The translations under genes and the position numbers were made by a program. This document shows positions 35,480-45,987 of a DNA stretch of 64,000 nucleotides, in pieces (position 1 is the first letter of the stretch; each line of letters starts with the position of its first letter). The notes below the pieces were generated by a model. The model was not told where the DNA came from, ran no database searches, and saw only the letters and a list, made by a program, of their open reading frames with translations. Source of the stretch: Candidatus Enterousia sp. (GTDB taxonomy: Bacteria > Pseudomonadota > Alphaproteobacteria > Rs-D84); NCBI GenBank assembly GCA_045651525.1, contig JAZRSO010000004.1:17127-81126 (forward strand), read 5' to 3'.

Positions 35480-36469
35480 ATGCAAAACAAAGAAAGATTT
35501 TTAGACGCAAATATTCCTGATGAAATGGCTGCGACCATCCGTCCGCGTACGTTATCGGATTTTATCGGTCATGACAGCTTGAAGCAAAATCTGTCTGTGT
35601 TTGTGTCCGGTGCACGCAGCCGTGGCGAAGCGATGGATCATGTGTTGTTGTATGGTCCCCCAGGGCTGGGTAAGACAACATTGGCACATATTGTGGCAAA
35701 TGAATTGGGTACTAATTTCAGGGCAACATCTGCCCCAATGTTGACCAAGCAAGGTGACTTGGCGGCAATATTGACCGCATTGGAACCGATGGATGTTCTG
35801 TTTATTGATGAAATTCACCGTCTGCCAACAGCGATTGAAGAAGTCTTGTATTCTGCGATGGAAGATTTCAAGCTGGACATTATGTTGGGCGAAGGCCCCA
35901 GCGCAAAAAGCGTACGTATCGACCTGCCCCCGTTTACGTTGGTTGGTGCAACAACGCGTACAGGGTTGTTGTCAAATCCGTTGCGTGACCGATTTGGTAT
36001 TGATTTGCGTTTGTCTTTCTATTCGCCAGAAGATTTGGCAAAAATTATTCAGCGCAGTGCGAATATTCTGGGAACGCCAATTGATGCAGATGGTGCGTTG
36101 ATGTTGGCAAAGTCTGCCCGTGGAACACCACGTATTGCGAACCGTTTATTAAAGCGTGCGCGTGACTTTGCGGCTGCGTTATCAAAAAGTCAGATAACAG
36201 CAGATATTATCAAAACCACCCTATTCCAATTGCATATTGATGAATGCGGATTGGATGAAATTGATCGTGAGTATATGAATATGATTATAAAGTTCTATGC
36301 AGGCGGTCCGGTTGGAATTGAAAATCTGGCGGCGGCATTGTCGGAACCCAGTGACACAATTGAAGATGTTATTGAACCATACTTGATGCAACTTGGGTTT
36401 GTTCAGCGTACACCACGCGGTCGTGTTATTACAGATTTAGGGTATGCGCATCTGGGACTGGAAAAATGA
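35480..36469 (+). CDS. ruvB: Holliday junction branch migration helicase RuvB.
   Basis: Walker A ([20 protein letters not shown]), sensor motifs and a C-terminal winged helix match RuvB. Confidence 0.9.
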   Translation: MQNKERFLDANIPDEMAATIRPRTLSDFIGHDSLKQNLSVFVSGARSRGEAMDHVLLYGPPGLGKTTLAHIVANELGTNFRATSAPMLTKQGDLAAILTALEPMDVLFIDEIHRLPTAIEEVLYSAMEDFKLDIMLGEGPSAKSVRIDLPPFTLVGATTRTGLLSNPLRDRFGIDLRLSFYSPEDLAKIIQRSANILGTPIDADGALMLAKSARGTPRIANRLLKRARDFAAALSKSQITADIIKTTLFQLHIDECGLDEIDREYMNMIIKFYAGGPVGIENLAAALSEPSDTIEDVIEPYLMQLGFVQRTPRGRVITDLGYAHLGLEK

Positions 36470-37074
36470 AAAAAATCATAGATTTTTTTGCCATCGCAGA
36501 AAAATTAGAGTGCGAATATCGTCTGACCCGTATGTCGGATGGTATGCCCCAGGCAGTCGCATCACATTCGTGGAATATGGCGATGATGGCGATAGTATTA
36601 CAACCCTATTTCCAAAATGATTATGATATGCAACGCGTTATGGAATTGTGTTTAATTCACGATTTACCCGAAGCGATTTCACACGATGTACCGTTGCATA
36701 AACAAACATCCCAGGTGCGTCTGGAAAAGCATGCCGCAGAAACAGCAGCAATAAAACAAATTCTGGATATTGTGCAGAACGAACGTGTTGCGGGGTTGTT
36801 TGCGGAATACGATGCGCGACAATCCCCAGAATCACAACTGGTCAAGGCGTGGGATGTTATGGATACAGGTGTTCAACATATGTGCGCCAAAGATTTGACG
36901 TATATTGGCGAATATGCAGATAATTTCTATTGGAAAATGTTTTTTAGTAATGACTTTGCCACAATGTTTGATTTTGAGCCTGTGTTGCGGCGTGTTCTGG
37001 ATGAAATTAGGACCCGTGTTGCAAAGCGATTGAAAGAAGAATTAAATATTGATGCGGGGGATTTTGTAAAATGA
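36466..37074 (+). CDS. HD-domain phosphohydrolase, similar to the YfbR 5'-nucleotidase.
   Basis: The HD motif reads [13 protein letters not shown]...[17 protein letters not shown]. Its start overlaps the ruvB stop as ATGA. Confidence 0.65.
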   Translation: MKKIIDFFAIAEKLECEYRLTRMSDGMPQAVASHSWNMAMMAIVLQPYFQNDYDMQRVMELCLIHDLPEAISHDVPLHKQTSQVRLEKHAAETAAIKQILDIVQNERVAGLFAEYDARQSPESQLVKAWDVMDTGVQHMCAKDLTYIGEYADNFYWKMFFSNDFATMFDFEPVLRRVLDEIRTRVAKRLKEELNIDAGDFVK

Positions 37075-37445
37075 AAGTGCATAAATTTCCGTTCACAATT
37101 GCATATGCAGATACCGATGCCGAAGGTATTGTTTATCACGCGCGATACCTGGAAATCGCAGAACGCGCACGTATGAATTGGCTGCGTGGTCGTGTTGTTC
37201 CAAATGGTGATATTGGATTTGTTGTGCGTGAATTAAATATTAAATATTTGCACTCCCTGCGTGTGGCAGATGAATTTGTTGTTGAAACGCAAATGGTGGA
37301 TGTTGGGGCGGCGATTGTGCGTGTTGAACAAAAGTTCGTGAAAGATGGTGCAGAATATGCTATAATAAACATTAAGGTTGCGTACTTGGGTGGTGATATG
37401 CGCCCTAAACGTATACCAGATGAATTTATAAACGGTTTGGTTTGA
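37071..37445 (+). CDS. ybgC: Tol-Pal-associated acyl-CoA thioesterase YbgC.
   Basis: The 4HBT hotdog fold reads FPFTIAYADTDAEGIVYHARYLEIAERARMNWL. It sits immediately upstream of tolQRA. Confidence 0.8.
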   Translation: MKVHKFPFTIAYADTDAEGIVYHARYLEIAERARMNWLRGRVVPNGDIGFVVRELNIKYLHSLRVADEFVVETQMVDVGAAIVRVEQKFVKDGAEYAIINIKVAYLGGDMRPKRIPDEFINGLV

Positions 37446-37469
37446 TAAATAATAGAAAGGAAGGGAAAA

Positions 37470-37961
37470 ATGGAAAATAACTTTTCAATGTTAAATTTGT
37501 TCACAAGTGACCTGATGACGGTTTTTGTGTCGTTGGTATTGGTCGCGTTCAGTGTTATGTCATGGGCGATTATTATTGAAAAAATCCGTCTGTGGAAATA
37601 TGCAAAACAAAATCCTGTCACTGTCAAGGCAGGCGATAATTTGGATGTTATTGCAGATAAATTAATTGCGCCTTTTGACAAGAATTTGTGGTTCTTGTCC
37701 ATGGTTGCATATATCTCTCCGTTTATTGGTTTGTTTGGTACTGTATGGGGTGTTATGGATTCTTTTGCATCAATCGGTATAAATCAGTCTGTCAGTATCG
37801 GTGTTATTGCCCCAGGTTTGGCAGTTGCATTGGGTACAACAGCGTTGGGTTTGATTGCGGCTGTGCCTGCGGCAATTGCGCATCAGTTCTTTGCAAAAAA
37901 GTCAGATGATTTATATGACAAGCTGACTCAAGATGCTCGTGAATTAAAATGTAAAAAATAA
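37470..37961 (+). CDS. tolQ: TolQ (MotA/TolQ/ExbB family), a compact 163-aa form.
   Basis: The conserved C-terminal TM2/TM3 region reads ISPFIGLFGTVWGVM...IAPGLAVALGTTALGLIAAVPA. It follows ybgC. Confidence 0.75.
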   Translation: MENNFSMLNLFTSDLMTVFVSLVLVAFSVMSWAIIIEKIRLWKYAKQNPVTVKAGDNLDVIADKLIAPFDKNLWFLSMVAYISPFIGLFGTVWGVMDSFASIGINQSVSIGVIAPGLAVALGTTALGLIAAVPAAIAHQFFAKKSDDLYDKLTQDARELKCKK

Positions 37962-37971
37962 GGCCGATAAA

Positions 37972-38373
37972 ATGTCAAGAATTCGTCGCAGACAAACAGA
38001 TGGTGGTATTCAACTGACACCAATGATTGATGTTATGACTGTGTTGCTGGCTGTCTTTATGGTAACAACACCAATGATGACTACTGGAATTGACTTGGAA
38101 TTACCGCGTGCAGGTGCCTCCGCAATGACAGGCGCAGATCATGCGATTCAAATCAGTGTTGATTCAAATGGTCGCTATTACCTGTCTGAAACACAGATGT
38201 CGCGTGATGATATTGTAAAGCGTGCTGTGGCAATGCGTGGTGAAAACCCAGATTTGACCATTATGATAAGTGGTGATGGGCGTGCAGACTATGGCGCGGT
38301 TATGTCTGTTATGGGTAAATTAAAAGATGCGGGTTTTCAAAAAGTTGGATTGCGTACACAACCAGAAAAATAA
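37972..38373 (+). CDS. tolR: TolR (ExbD/TolR family).
   Basis: The sequence LTPMIDVMTVLLAVFMVTTPMM matches the family. The protein is 133 aa. Confidence 0.8.
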   Translation: MSRIRRRQTDGGIQLTPMIDVMTVLLAVFMVTTPMMTTGIDLELPRAGASAMTGADHAIQISVDSNGRYYLSETQMSRDDIVKRAVAMRGENPDLTIMISGDGRADYGAVMSVMGKLKDAGFQKVGLRTQPEK

Positions 38374-38374
38374 A

Positions 38375-39121
38375 ATGGCAAAATTTAATCAATTTTCATC
38401 AGAAAATATTTTGATGTCCGTTTGTGGGCATTTGCTGTTGATTGCTGTATTGGTTACTGCGGCCAAGGTGGTGATTGAACGTGCGAAATTGGTAACACCT
38501 GACAGAATCGAAATTATTGAAATTGATTTAGATAACGTTCGTGTTTCTGGTGATGAAACCAAACTGTATAATGTTGGAACGCCTGAAAAAGAACAAAAAC
38601 AAGAAGCCAAACCTGTGAAAAAAAAGAAACAAGAACAGGCGGTGGAAAAAGTAGAAATTAAATCTACGACGATGGTTGAAGAAGAAGTCAAAGAAGATAA
38701 AAAAGAAGAAGACACAACAGATAAAAAAACACCAGAACAACCAAAAGATGCGCCAAAGAAAAAACGTGTAATCAAAGTAAATCGCGAGGTTTTATCGCTG
38801 GATCGTACAATGACGGTTTCTGTGGTTGATGCGCTGCGTGTTGCGATGACGCGTTGTTGGGTTATTGATAATGCGCGTCCTGATATTGCAGATATTCGTG
38901 CTGTGGCACATTTGAAATTGCGTAAAAATGGTACGGTTTATGATTTGTGGTTTGAATCTGCTGCGCGCGCAGAAACAGACCCTGCATTTGCGTATGTGTT
39001 GGAAACAATCAAAGATGCAATTGATACATGTCAGCCGTTTCGTATGTTGCCAGCCAATGAATACAGCGAATGGCAAGATGTTGAGTTGACTTTCTATCCA
39101 TCGCAAGGCAAAATTTTATAA
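38375..39121 (+). CDS. tolA: TolA-like protein with a TM anchor, a Lys/Glu-rich helical region and a C-terminal domain.
   Basis: The ATG at 38375 lies 1 nt after the tolR stop. The TM segment is ILMSVCGHLLLIAVLV. A KEQKQEAKPVKKKKQEQAVEK low-complexity region follows. Confidence 0.65.
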   Translation: MAKFNQFSSENILMSVCGHLLLIAVLVTAAKVVIERAKLVTPDRIEIIEIDLDNVRVSGDETKLYNVGTPEKEQKQEAKPVKKKKQEQAVEKVEIKSTTMVEEEVKEDKKEEDTTDKKTPEQPKDAPKKKRVIKVNREVLSLDRTMTVSVVDALRVAMTRCWVIDNARPDIADIRAVAHLKLRKNGTVYDLWFESAARAETDPAFAYVLETIKDAIDTCQPFRMLPANEYSEWQDVELTFYPSQGKIL

Positions 39122-39150
39122 AAAAAGCGCACCGTTTGGTGCGTTTTTTT
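39121..39150. terminator. Bidirectional terminator shared by tolA (+) and rnpB (-).
   Basis: aaaaaaGCGCACCgtttGGTGCGCttttttt. The rnpB 3' end abuts it at 39151. Confidence 0.7.
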
Positions 39151-39457
39151 ACAAGACAGACATATAAGCCGGGTTCTGTTCTGCCATAAATAGTTTGCAC
39201 TTTTTATGGTAGCGAGCATGATTAATCTGCATTTTGCATTACTGCAAATGTCAAGCCTTCTACCCGCCCCCAATGTGGGACACATATACGGGGGCCTATT
39301 TGAAGTTGCTGTACGTAGAGATTGCCCGTTTCACCCGAATTTAATCGTATCGTCACTGTTGCTCTAATCGTCAGGTCACCCTGCCCGGTATATTAGCCGG
39401 TACGTTGTCCCATACAGCCCGGACTTTCCTCTGATATAAAAATATCAGCCATGCTCA
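39151..39457 (-). ncRNA. rnpB: RNase P RNA, bacterial type A, reduced to about 307 nt.
   Basis: The reverse complement contains the P4 halves AGGAAAGUCCGGGCU and ACAGAACCCGGCUUAU. It also contains GGGUGAAA, GCAACAG and CAAAUAGG...GGGUAG blocks. P1 pairs ACAAGA with UCUUGU. Confidence 0.85.
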
Positions 39458-39460
39458 GTC

Positions 39461-39493
39461 CATCTTGTGGATGTTATGTTATCAATTTTTTAT
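39461..39493 (-). promoter_or_regulatory. Candidate rnpB promoter.
   Basis: On the minus strand, TTGAAA (39493-39488) is followed by a 21-nt spacer and TAACAT (39466-39461), about 5 nt upstream of the inferred 5' end. Confidence 0.4.
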
Positions 39494-39509
39494 GGTTTTT
39501 CAATGTTTT

Positions 39510-39725
39510 TTATTTCTTTTCGCCCATGTGGCGCGCAGATTGTAATGCGTGACGCAATGCCTGCTCTGCTATTTGGCGGATTTTTGGTGCAAATGTACGC
39601 ATATTCATTGTGTCTGCAACAGTATTACCAAAAATGTGTGCGATATATTCAATTTGTGTTGGGGCGACGATATAAACATCGCTGGTAATGGATTCTGGAT
39701 TTAGTTTTTGAACTGGTTCTTGCAT
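39510..39725 (-). CDS. Small hypothetical ORF of 71 aa upstream of rnpB.
   Basis: Its composition is balanced and it lies antisense to a Phe-rich alternative ORF. There is no homology evidence. Confidence 0.25.
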   Translation of the reverse strand: MQEPVQKLNPESITSDVYIVAPTQIEYIAHIFGNTVADTMNMRTFAPKIRQIAEQALRHALQSARHMGEKK

Positions 39726-39804
39726 GATTTTATACCCCTACATTAAATTTTTTTGTCTTTTACACTTGTTTAATTACTTTATTGATATTATATCATAAAG
39801 TATC

Positions 39805-39833
39805 TTGACCGCAAGGGGCAAAATTGCTATATA
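39805..39833 (+). promoter_or_regulatory. Candidate secA promoter.
   Basis: TTGACC is followed by a 17-nt spacer and TATATA, about 25 nt upstream of a GGAAG Shine-Dalgarno sequence and the ATG at 39860. Confidence 0.4.
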
Positions 39834-39859
39834 TCTGTTGATAAATATAAGGAAGAAAG

Positions 39860-42475
39860 ATGGTAAAAAACATTATTGGTAAAATATTAGGGTCTGCCAA
39901 TGACAGATTGATTAAAAATTATGATAAAACAGTGTCTTTGATAAACGACTTGGAACCAAAGTATCACGCAATGAGTGATGAAGAATTGCGTGAACAGACG
40001 AATGTTCTGCGTGCAAAACTGGCTGCGGGTGACAAAGAAAAAGACATTTTGCCAGATGCGTTCGCCCTGGTACGCGAGGCGTCAATTCGTACAATTGGTT
40101 TGCGTCATTTTAACGTTCAAATGATTGGTGGTATGGTTCTGACTAATGGTCAAATTGCAGAAATGAAAACTGGCGAAGGTAAAACACTGGTCGCAACATT
40201 GGCAATGTATTTAAAGGCATTGCATGGCAAGGGCGCTCACTTGATTACAGTAAATGATTACTTGGCATCGCGTGACGCAGAATGGATGGGTGCGATATAT
40301 AAATTCTTGGGGCTGACAATCGGTATTATTCAGCACGATATGACAGATGATGAAAGACGCGCCGCATACGCATGTGATATTACATATGTAACAAATTCAG
40401 AACTGGGCTTTGATTATCTGCGTGATAATATGAAGTTTTCAAAGAAACAACAGGTGTTACGTCCGTTCTTTTACGCAATTGTTGACGAAGTTGACAGTAT
40501 TTTAATTGACGAAGCGCGTACACCGCTGATTATTTCTGGGCCTGCCGAAGATACCAGTGAGTTATATGCCAAGGTTGATGCGGTTGTTGCAAAACTGACA
40601 GAATCTGACTTTAAAAAAGATGAAAAAGACAGACATGTTACACTGACGGAAAGTGGTGTTGATTCTGCGACAAATCTGTTAAAAGAAGCGGGATTGTTGG
40701 TGGGCGATAATTTGTATGCGGCTGAAAATGCGGCGTTGGTTATGCATATTCAACAGTCTTTGTTGGCACATCACTTGTTCCAGAAAAATGTGAACTATGT
40801 TGTGCGTAATGGTGAAATTCTGATTGTTGATGAATTTACTGGTCGTGTTATGACTGGTCGTCGCTTTGGCAAGGGGTTGCATCAGGCGATAGAAGCAAAA
40901 GAACATGTTGCGGTTCAACCTGAAAATCAGACTGTGTCCAGTATTTCGTATCAGAACTTGTTCCGCTTGTATCCGACATTATCTGGTATGACTGGTACCG
41001 CCATGACCGAAGCGGCAGAATTTGAAGAAATTTATAAATTGCGTGTTGTTTCAATTCCAACAAATCGCCCTGTGGCGCGTAACGACCATCATGATGAAAT
41101 CTATCGTAACAAAGAAGAAAAATACGCTGCTATTTTAAAACAGATTTCAGATTGTGTTGCCAGAAAACAGCCTGTTTTAGTTGGCACTGTTTCAATTGAA
41201 AAGTCCGAAGAATTGGCTGCAATTGTACGCAAAGAATTAAAGTTAAATCCTGCGGTTTTGAATGCGAAACATCACGAATCTGAAGCAAAAATTGTTGCCC
41301 AGGCTGGCGCACCGGGTGCTGTTACAATCGCAACAAATATGGCTGGTCGTGGTACTGATATTAAGCTGGGTGGTAATGCCGAAGAATTGATTGCAGCGCT
41401 GGATTGTAACGCTTCTGATTATGAAGACAAAAAGAAAGAAATTTATGCAACAATCGAAGCAAATAAAAAACAAGTCTTAGACGCTGGTGGATTGTATGTT
41501 ATAGGTACTGAACGTCATGAATCACGCCGTATTGATAATCAGTTGCGTGGTCGTTCTGGTCGTCAAGGTGACCCAGGTGATTCAAAGTTCTTTTTATCTT
41601 TGGATGACGATTTGATGCGTATTTTTGGGGCGTCTCGTTTGCAGGGAATGTTGACAACGTTGGGCTTGAAAACTGGCGAAGCAATTACACATCCGTGGAT
41701 TACCAAGGCGTTGGAAAAAGCCCAGAAACGCGTTGAAGCCAGATATTTCGAAGCGCGTAAAGAATTGTTGAAGTATGACGATGTTATGAATGAACAGCGT
41801 ACAGTTATTTATAAACAGCGTGATGATTTGATGGTGTCCGAAGACTTATCGCCTTTGGCACGTGAAATGATTGGCGATGTTGTTGAAATTATCTGTGAAA
41901 ACAGTATTCCAGAAAAGGCAATGCCTGCAGATTGGAACTTGGACGCAATTCATAATGCGATGATGCGCGCGTTTGCGTTGGATATTACAGATATTCAAAA
42001 ATGGAAAACCGATGAAGAAATCACAGAACGCAAGGCGTATGAATCTTTGGTCGGTTTGGCAAATCGCAGATATGACAGTCAGGCTGCAAAATATGGTCCA
42101 GAAATGATGCAGATGGCATCTCGTCAAATGATGTTGGGTGCATTGGATGCAGTATGGAAAAAACATTTGCAACAGATGGATTATCTGCAAAGCGCAATTG
42201 GATTGCGTGGTTATGCCCAGAAAAATCCGTTGTATGAATACAAGCGCGAAGCATTGGAATTGTTTAAAAATACTGTAAATAATTTCAAAATTATGTCTGT
42301 GTCTTATATTTGTCGTATGGAATTGACACGTGAAGATGTTGCGGCAACCGAAGCTGAACGTGCCAAACACGATGAAAAATTAAATCAAGCCACAGGTGGC
42401 GATGCGCGCCGTAATGCACCCTGCCCGTGTGGTTCTGGGTTAAAATACAAACATTGCTGTGGTAAATTAAACTAA
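39860..42475 (+). CDS. secA: Preprotein translocase ATPase SecA.
   Basis: DEAD-like motor motifs (MKTGEGKTLVATL, DEVDSILIDEARTPLIISG) are present. The C-terminal zinc-binding tail reads CPCGSGLKYKHCCG. Confidence 0.95.
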   Translation: MVKNIIGKILGSANDRLIKNYDKTVSLINDLEPKYHAMSDEELREQTNVLRAKLAAGDKEKDILPDAFALVREASIRTIGLRHFNVQMIGGMVLTNGQIAEMKTGEGKTLVATLAMYLKALHGKGAHLITVNDYLASRDAEWMGAIYKFLGLTIGIIQHDMTDDERRAAYACDITYVTNSELGFDYLRDNMKFSKKQQVLRPFFYAIVDEVDSILIDEARTPLIISGPAEDTSELYAKVDAVVAKLTESDFKKDEKDRHVTLTESGVDSATNLLKEAGLLVGDNLYAAENAALVMHIQQSLLAHHLFQKNVNYVVRNGEILIVDEFTGRVMTGRRFGKGLHQAIEAKEHVAVQPENQTVSSISYQNLFRLYPTLSGMTGTAMTEAAEFEEIYKLRVVSIPTNRPVARNDHHDEIYRNKEEKYAAILKQISDCVARKQPVLVGTVSIEKSEELAAIVRKELKLNPAVLNAKHHESEAKIVAQAGAPGAVTIATNMAGRGTDIKLGGNAEELIAALDCNASDYEDKKKEIYATIEANKKQVLDAGGLYVIGTERHESRRIDNQLRGRSGRQGDPGDSKFFLSLDDDLMRIFGASRLQGMLTTLGLKTGEAITHPWITKALEKAQKRVEARYFEARKELLKYDDVMNEQRTVIYKQRDDLMVSEDLSPLAREMIGDVVEIICENSIPEKAMPADWNLDAIHNAMMRAFALDITDIQKWKTDEEITERKAYESLVGLANRRYDSQAAKYGPEMMQMASRQMMLGALDAVWKKHLQQMDYLQSAIGLRGYAQKNPLYEYKREALELFKNTVNNFKIMSVSYICRMELTREDVAATEAERAKHDEKLNQATGGDARRNAPCPCGSGLKYKHCCGKLN

Positions 42476-42486
42476 AAAAAGAAATT

Positions 42487-42518
42487 GCCGACATTGTCGG
42501 TAATTTTTTTGTCTTTTT
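42487..42518 (+). terminator. Terminator or attenuator hairpin between secA and dnaE.
   Basis: GCCGACAttGTCGGtaattttttt lies immediately after the secA stop. Confidence 0.5.
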
Positions 42519-42562
42519 TGGGAATTATTGGGTTGATTGCGATGGTGGAATTTGCTAATGTG

Positions 42563-45500
42563 ATGGGCATGGAAAAGCAATTCATTCATCTTCGTACACA
42601 TTCAAGGTTTTCTGTGGGGGCCAGTACCCTGACAATTAAAAAAATTCCGGCGTTGTGCTTGGGGGCTGGGATGGGTGCGTGTGCCTTGACAGACACAAAT
42701 TTAATGTCTGGGTGTGCGGAATTTTCTGATGTTATGCCAAAAAACAAGGTTCAGCCAATTATCGGTATTGAAATATCATTAAATCAGCATAATGCAGACC
42801 CAAAAATATTGCGTTCTGAATCGTTGTCAAAAATCGTTCTGTTGGCACAAAATCATGATGGGTATTTGAATCTGTGTGATTTGAATAAAATAATGTATAT
42901 GCGTACAGAAAATCATCACTTGGGGCCATATATTACATTTGACGAATTGTCACAGCACAGCGTTGGTTTAATCTGTTTGTCTGGGGCGCATACAGGACCG
43001 ATTGGTATGGCGATATTAAATGGTCAGGATGCACAGGCAACCATATACGCCAAGGAATTGTTGAATATATTTGGAAATCGCTTTTATATTGAAATTCAGC
43101 GTCATGGGTTGGATGCAGAAATTAAAACTGAGCCAATGTTCTTGAAAATCGCCCAAGAATTGAACATTCCAATTGTTGCGACAAATGATGTTTGTTTTGC
43201 GTCTGATTCTGATTATGAATCTGCGGATGCGTTGGGGTGCGTCTTGGGACAGACCAAGGTTATTGACCCAGAACGACCACGCAAATCATCGGAACAATAT
43301 TTTAAATCATATGATGAAATGGCGGAAATTTTTTCAGACCTGCCCGAGGCAATAGAGAATACTGTTCGTATCGCACAACGTTGTGGATTTATGGTAAATG
43401 TTCATGAAAAACCACTGTTGCCGCGTTTTGGTGACGACTTGGAAACAGAATGTCAAATGCTGCGTGATAATACGATGGCGGGTCTTAAACGCAGATTGGA
43501 ACAGCATAATATCACAGATACAAAACCATACTATGAACAGGCAGAATTTGAACTGGGCGTTATTATTGGTATGGGATTCCCTGGGTATTTCTTGATTGTT
43601 GCGGACTATATTGATTGGTGCAGAAATAATGATGTTTTGACAGGGCCTGGTCGTGGGTCTGGTGCGGGGTCTATTGTTGCGTGGGCATTGGGTATTACAA
43701 ATGTTGATCCGTTAAAGTATGGATTGTTGTTTGAAAGATTTTTGAACCCTGATCGTATATCTATGCCGGACTTTGACGTTGACTTTGAACCAACAGGAAT
43801 CGAACGCGTGTTGGCGTATGTTTGCGATAAATATGGGCATGATTCTGTGTGTCGTATCATTACATTTGGCAGTTTGCAGGCCCGTGGCGCAATTCGTGAT
43901 ATTGGGCGTGTGTATGGTATGCCCTATTCCAAGTCTGACAGATTGTCAAAACTGATTCCCCAGGACGCCAAGACGTTAAAAGATGCGGTTGATATGTCTG
44001 GGGAAATTCAAGATGTTTTGAATAATGACCAAGACTTAAACAAGGTTGTTATGGTTGCCGAAGAATTAGAAGGTTCCTTGCGTAATTTGGGACAGCACGC
44101 GTGTGGTGTTGTTATTGGCGACAGACCAACGACCAAGATTGCGCCTGTATATCGCGACCCTGCCAACCCGTTGCCATCGTGCCAGTATGACGGTAAGTAT
44201 TTGGAAAAATCTGGTTTAATTAAATTTGACTTTTTGGGCTTGGAAACATTGGTTGTGTTAAAGTATGCAACGCGCCTTATTCAGCAGACACGTGGTATAA
44301 ATATTGACTTGGATCAAATCCCAACGGATGACGACAAAACGATGAAATTATGGCAGGCTGGTTTGACCGAAGGTATATTCCAGTTTGATGCCCCGTTTGT
44401 AAAGCAGACACTGCGTAAAATGCACCCGACCAGTTTCTTGGAAATATCTGCGTTAAATGCGTTAAATCGTCCCGGCCCAATTGCATTTATCCCCCAGTTT
44501 ATTGCACGTATGCATGGCGAAGAATCAATTGAATACGTTCACCCAAAGGCAGAACCAATATTAAAAGAAACATACGGCATTATCGTTTATCAAGAACAGG
44601 TTATGCAGTTGACGCGTGCGTTGGCGGGCTTTACACGTGGTCAGTCTGACAACGTGCGCAAGGCGATGGGTAAGAAACTGATTGAAATGTTGAACGAACT
44701 GGAAGGTAAGTTCTATGAGGGGTGCGAAAAAGAACAAACCTTGGACAGGGCAACTGCCAAAGACCTGTGGGAAAAGTTCAAGGAATTTGCAAAGTACGCA
44801 TTTAACAAATCACACGCAATTGCATATTCAATTGTTGCAAATCAGTGCGCGTATTTAAAGGCAAATTATACGCCGGAATTCTTGGCCGCATCTATGTCCA
44901 GTAACTTGAATGATACAGACCAGCTGGCGTTATTCGTAGAAGATGCCAAGGCTAATTTTGGAATTCAAATTGTTGCGCCTGATATAAATGAAAGTGAATC
45001 GTTGTTTACTGTACGCGATGGCAAGATTGTTTATGGTTTGGCTGCATTAAAGGGTGTTGGAACGGTCGCAACAGACGCAATTGTTGCAGAAAGAAATGCA
45101 AATGGAAAGTTTAAAAACCTGACTGATTTTGCAAAACGTTGCGCGCCAATTATGAACAAGCGTATTTTAGAGGCCTTTGCAAAAACAGGTGTGTTGGATT
45201 CGTTAGAGCCAAATCGTGCCGCGATTTATCTGAATGCTGATATGATATTGTCTTATGCGGCCAAGTCGCGCGATGGCGCGAATATGCTGTCGCTGTTTGC
45301 AAATACTGTCGAAGACGATGTTGACGAAGACAGGTTGCACAAAAATCTGCCCAAGACTGCGCCATGGACATTTGGTCAGCGTCTGGAAAACGAACTGTCA
45401 GCGTTGGGATTTTATATTTCTGCGCATCCGTTGGATCAGTACAAGCATTTGATAAAATCTGCAAATCTGACGACCAGCGCAACATTGGCGAATCTTGGCG

Positions 45501-45979
45501 ACAGAAAGTCTGTTCAGATTGCGGTCAATGTAAATTCTTTTTCACGTCGTCGCACCAAGACCGGCAAAGAAATGATTACAATCAATGCGTCGGACAGTTT
45601 TGGTAACATTGATGCGGTTGCGTTTGGTGATTCTGCGATTGAATTTTCTCAGATTTTATCCGGTGAAACAGTTGTATTGTTATCTGGCAAGACGTCTAAT
45701 CGTGATGACAGGGTGTCTGTATTTGTTGATTCTATTACACCGTTGACACATTGGGTTGCGAAAATTGCCAAGAAAATCACAATGGATATTTGGGACAGGA
45801 TGGTTTTACAAGATGTTAAAAAGGCGATTATTGCTTTGCCACGTGGATATACCCAGGTTGTATTAAATCTGCATGGCGCGGACAAGGTTGCGACGCTTGC
45901 GTTACCTGGTGGCGTTGAACTGGGCAATACGACAATTGCGGACTTAACGGCCTTGGGATTAAAGATAGAAGTGGAGTAA
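42563..45979 (+). CDS. dnaE: DNA polymerase III alpha subunit.
   Basis: The PHP N-terminus reads QFIHLRTHSRFS. Polymerase, OB-fold and tau-binding regions are present and the protein is about 1140 aa. In-frame ATGs at 42542, 42563 and 42569 are all possible starts. Confidence 0.9.
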   Translation: MGMEKQFIHLRTHSRFSVGASTLTIKKIPALCLGAGMGACALTDTNLMSGCAEFSDVMPKNKVQPIIGIEISLNQHNADPKILRSESLSKIVLLAQNHDGYLNLCDLNKIMYMRTENHHLGPYITFDELSQHSVGLICLSGAHTGPIGMAILNGQDAQATIYAKELLNIFGNRFYIEIQRHGLDAEIKTEPMFLKIAQELNIPIVATNDVCFASDSDYESADALGCVLGQTKVIDPERPRKSSEQYFKSYDEMAEIFSDLPEAIENTVRIAQRCGFMVNVHEKPLLPRFGDDLETECQMLRDNTMAGLKRRLEQHNITDTKPYYEQAEFELGVIIGMGFPGYFLIVADYIDWCRNNDVLTGPGRGSGAGSIVAWALGITNVDPLKYGLLFERFLNPDRISMPDFDVDFEPTGIERVLAYVCDKYGHDSVCRIITFGSLQARGAIRDIGRVYGMPYSKSDRLSKLIPQDAKTLKDAVDMSGEIQDVLNNDQDLNKVVMVAEELEGSLRNLGQHACGVVIGDRPTTKIAPVYRDPANPLPSCQYDGKYLEKSGLIKFDFLGLETLVVLKYATRLIQQTRGINIDLDQIPTDDDKTMKLWQAGLTEGIFQFDAPFVKQTLRKMHPTSFLEISALNALNRPGPIAFIPQFIARMHGEESIEYVHPKAEPILKETYGIIVYQEQVMQLTRALAGFTRGQSDNVRKAMGKKLIEMLNELEGKFYEGCEKEQTLDRATAKDLWEKFKEFAKYAFNKSHAIAYSIVANQCAYLKANYTPEFLAASMSSNLNDTDQLALFVEDAKANFGIQIVAPDINESESLFTVRDGKIVYGLAALKGVGTVATDAIVAERNANGKFKNLTDFAKRCAPIMNKRILEAFAKTGVLDSLEPNRAAIYLNADMILSYAAKSRDGANMLSLFANTVEDDVDEDRLHKNLPKTAPWTFGQRLENELSALGFYISAHPLDQYKHLIKSANLTTSATLANLGDRKSVQIAVNVNSFSRRRTKTGKEMITINASDSFGNIDAVAFGDSAIEFSQILSGETVVLLSGKTSNRDDRVSVFVDSITPLTHWVAKIAKKITMDIWDRMVLQDVKKAIIALPRGYTQVVLNLHGADKVATLALPGGVELGNTTIADLTALGLKIEVE

Positions 45980-45987
45980 TTAAACAT

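Noticed and set aside
38389-38775. A minus-strand ORF (128 aa, Ser/Phe-rich) and a Phe-rich ORF (38528..38740) inside tolA.
   Set aside because: They are mirror-image translations of the Lys/Glu-rich (AAG/GAA) low-complexity region of tolA.
39467-39688. A plus-strand 73-aa ORF overlapping the rnpB promoter and the 39510..39725 minus-strand ORF.
   Set aside because: The protein is Phe/Leu-rich with no Shine-Dalgarno sequence. It overlaps a more plausible ORF on the other strand and the rnpB 5' region.
41846-42370. A 174-aa minus-strand ORF inside secA.
   Set aside because: It lies antisense to the highly conserved secA gene. Its Cys/Phe/Ile-rich translation is typical of a shadow ORF.
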